A stretch of 64,000 nt of DNA from Candidatus Moanibacter sp. (GTDB lineage: Bacteria > Verrucomicrobiota > Verrucomicrobiia > Opitutales > UBA2987), in the NCBI GenBank assembly GCA_965215885.1, contig CBDCEW010000083.1:1-64000 (forward strand). Direction: 5' to 3'. The position numbers and the translations under genes are program-made. A model generated the notes under the pieces. That model saw only the letters and a list, made by a program, of their open reading frames with translations. It was not told the origin of the DNA and searched no databases. Of the stretch, positions 61,296 through 64,000 are shown piece after piece. Numbering within the stretch: position 1 is the first letter of the stretch; every line of letters begins with the position of its first letter.

Positions 61296-61451
61296 TTGGA
61301 AGGAGGAGAGCAGAATTCGCTTTACTCGCGCACGAGAGTGAGGGAACGGGTTAGACAGGAATCGGCAAGAGCCGGCCGGCTTTTGCCGATTCCTGTCTAA
61401 CCCGTTCAGGTGCGTCTTCACGCTAAGCGAATTTTGCTCTCTTCCTTCCAA
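61296..61451. repeat. Nested palindrome with a 64-bp near-perfect loopless core
   Basis: Core 61344-61407 centred on GCCGGCCGGC; outer arms 61296-61322 / 61425-61451. Confidence 0.85.
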
Positions 61452-62467
61452 TCCCACATCCATTGGCCTGTATAATCCTCTTTTACACATTACACTTTCT
61501 GCATATTGAGTACTTCCCAACTAACCTGTCATCCGTGATGATCCGTGTCATCCGTGGTTCTCTTTCTTAGAGATCCTCAATTATCTATCGAATTCAAAAC
61601 CAATACCTTATGTGTATCCGTGGAGAAAAACCTGCTAAAGAAACAAGGTTCTGCCGGATTGTAATACGGATCGACACGGATAAGAAAAACCATCCGAGGC
61701 ATTGGCAATGTTTCGCCAAAGCCACGTGTCGGCAAAACGCTAAAAAGAAGGCAACGAGTCGAAGGTTCGCACGTTTCTACAGCCGCCCTTTCCCACAATC
61801 TAAATTCCCATCCGTGCCCATCCGCGAAATCTCGTAGAGTCTGCCGTACGGCAGATCCGCGGTCAAGATGATCCCAATCGACCTCCCTTCGAAAGATGTT
61901 TCCTGGTCCCGGCAAGTCGGGAACACAGGATGAAAAAATCCGCGGTTTTCCCTGGCACGGCGCAGCGGAACGGAGACGGCTCGAATCCGTGGTAAATTCT
62001 TCTTCATTCGACTCCGTATTACAATCCGGCAGAATCTTGTTTTTCTAGCAAGTTTCTGCGTAGAAGAGGTTGGTATTCAATAAACTGCAGTCGACAAGGT
62101 TTGGGATCCCGCTCAGCGGGATTCGCGACCCGTCGACGCTCTGCTTTGCCGAGGCATGCAAGGTTACCCAAGGCAAGCAGGAGTTTCCTTCTTCATTCGC
62201 GTCCATTCGCGTGCATCTGCGGTTCTCTTCCTCTTTTTTGGTTGCGGCTTTGCTGCGCTAGGCAACTCTGTGGTTCCCATGGCACGGCGTAGCGGATCGG
62301 AGACGGCTCGGTGAATCTCTCCTGCCCTGAGCCCCGTCGAAGGGGTGACCCCTCTTCTCTTATGTCAGCCTTCCAGTCTGCTGGCGATTTCCGTTTGATC
62401 TAAAATTCCTATCTATTCAATTCTTCTTTACGAAACCGGAAAAACCCTCAATATGAAGCTCTTCCTA

Positions 62468-62541
62468 CGGGGCGTAGCTCAGCCTGGCAGAGCGCTGCGT
62501 TCGGGACGCAGAGGTCGCTGGTTCAAATCCAGTCGCCCCGA
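62468..62541 (+). tRNA. tRNA-Pro (CGG)
   Basis: Acceptor CGGGGCG/CGCCCCG, D arm GCTCAGCCTGGCAGAGC, anticodon arm CTGCG-TTCGGGA-CGCAG, T loop GTTCAAATC; CCA not encoded directly after the discriminator. Confidence 0.96.
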
Positions 62542-62619
62542 TTTCCACAAGCCACCCCTCGGCATTCACTCTCGATGCCTCTAACAGACTCGAACCTAAA
62601 GTAGATGTTGAGGAAAACG

Positions 62620-63957
62620 ATGGACGCCTTTCTGCATTGCAGAGCATCGCGCGGGAAGGGCCGCAACCCAGGTATTTATCTGCTCATGTTTTCCATCTGC
62701 GGCGGGTTGCTTACGCTTTCTCTCTCCTGCAGTGGGCCGGAACCGGTCCGTAAAGAGAAACAAGAACAAGAGCCCGACACTTCCCTGATCGGCCCGGACC
62801 TGCTCGTCAGCCGCCCGATTGGCAACGCCCTCGTCGGACACCCGATGATTACCGACCTGACAGTCGTCGACCTGGATCAGGATGGGCTCATGGACGTCGT
62901 AGTATGCGAAGGGCGGGCCAGTGTGGTGAGTTGGATACGGCAGGAGTCCCCGGGTGTGTTTGTGGAGAAGGACCTGGAGCGGGACATCACGGGACCGGCA
63001 CATGTTGAGGCGAGTGATATCGATCGGGACGGCGATCTGGACCTGCTCATCGCAGCCATGGGGATCATCACGCCCAACAACGAGAAAATCGGGGCCGTTG
63101 TCGTTCTGGAAAATCTGGGAGCGCAGGAATTCCGAAAACGGGTGCTCCTCGAAAAGGTCTCGCGGGTAACGGACGTGCAGGCAGAGGACCTGGACGGCGA
63201 TGGCGACTTCGACCTGGCAGTGGGTCAGTTCGGATACTTTCAGGGAGAGATTCGGTGGATGGAAAACCTGGGTGACTGGCAATTTGAGAGTCATCCTCTG
63301 CTCGATCTCTCCGGGACTATTCATACCCCCGTAGCAGACATTGACGGGGATCGGGACATCGACATCCTCGCCCTCGTCTCGCAGGAATGGGAGGAGATCT
63401 ATGTGTTTGATAACAATGGCGGTACATTTCAGCAACGAATTATCTATGGTTCGACAAACGAGGATTACGGCAGCAGCGGTATCGCCATCGATGACATCGA
63501 TGGCGACGGAGATCCCGACATCGTCTATACCAATGGTGACGCTCTGGACTATTCGACACCGGGCCCGCGACCATGGCACGGCGTGCAATGGCTGGAGAAT
63601 AACGGTCAGGGCTACTTTTCATTCCATCGTCTGGGAGACTTTCCCGGCGCCTACAGTCCCACTGCCACGGATCTGGACGGAGATGGTGACCTCGACATTC
63701 TCGCGGTTAGCTCATTCGACGACTGGGGACGAAAGAAAGCATTTTCAATCATCTGCTTCGAACAGGTTAGCCCACGCGAATTTCGCCCTCGCGTGCTGGC
63801 TGTAGATCCGCCCCGCCTGCTCGCTCTCGATGCCGCGGACATGGACGGCGACGGAGAGGTTGAACTCGTAACAGGTAGCTTTCACTCATATCCGCCTTTC
63901 GAAAATATGAGCCGGGTTCTTCTCTGGGACCGAAGAGAAGACACAGAGCACCACTGA
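62620..63957 (+). CDS. FG-GAP/VCBS repeat protein, probable lipoprotein
   Basis: Seven D-x-D-x-D-G-D-x-D-type repeats; hydrophobic leader ending LSLSC; start uncertain (62605/62620/62686). Confidence 0.88.
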   Translation: MDAFLHCRASRGKGRNPGIYLLMFSICGGLLTLSLSCSGPEPVRKEKQEQEPDTSLIGPDLLVSRPIGNALVGHPMITDLTVVDLDQDGLMDVVVCEGRASVVSWIRQESPGVFVEKDLERDITGPAHVEASDIDRDGDLDLLIAAMGIITPNNEKIGAVVVLENLGAQEFRKRVLLEKVSRVTDVQAEDLDGDGDFDLAVGQFGYFQGEIRWMENLGDWQFESHPLLDLSGTIHTPVADIDGDRDIDILALVSQEWEEIYVFDNNGGTFQQRIIYGSTNEDYGSSGIAIDDIDGDGDPDIVYTNGDALDYSTPGPRPWHGVQWLENNGQGYFSFHRLGDFPGAYSPTATDLDGDGDLDILAVSSFDDWGRKKAFSIICFEQVSPREFRPRVLAVDPPRLLALDAADMDGDGEVELVTGSFHSYPPFENMSRVLLWDRREDTEHH

Positions 63958-64000
63958 GCCGTCTCCGCTGCGTTGCGCCGTGCCATCCGTATTACAATCT

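Noticed and set aside
62468..62560. tRNA-Pro as an integration site (att duplication)
   Set aside because: No duplicate of the tRNA 3' end and no integrase in the window

Overview
Bacterial chromosomal window; the gene and repeat content looks PVC/Verrucomicrobia-like, but this is low confidence. 1-36 kb: a patchwork of sugar and sugar-acid catabolic genes (three Gfo/Idh/MocA oxidoreductases, four TIM-barrel isomerase/epimerases, two enolase-superfamily dehydratases, a UxuA-like dehydratase, an HpcH aldolase, SDRs, DhaK/DhaL), two M19 dipeptidases and a TonB receptor. This half also holds an AT-rich PaeR7I/XhoI-type restriction-modification pair, decayed toxin-antitoxin genes and an XRE-HTH protein fused to a degenerate Clp AAA+ domain. 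Three long transposase elements and an ISL3 remnant lie between 12.8 and 38.9 kb. 39-57 kb: a hopanoid locus (squalene synthase, shc, hpnG, hpnN, ispH, hpnB, hpnM, mlaA, hpnH). Its shc gene run continues directly into inositol-3-phosphate synthase and an IPCT-like cytidylyltransferase, facing a CDP-alcohol phosphotransferase; this hopanoid/CDP-inositol module is the best candidate for an undescribed pathway. 57-64 kb: a repeat-dense stretch with a small membrane peptide ORF, a T7 gp13-like remnant, a fused MNT-HEPN gene, tRNA-Pro(CGG) and an FG-GAP/VCBS lipoprotein. Many intergenic spaces contain REP/REPIN/MITE-like palindromes, several nested inside one another. All family assignments come from reading motifs by eye; no database search was run.
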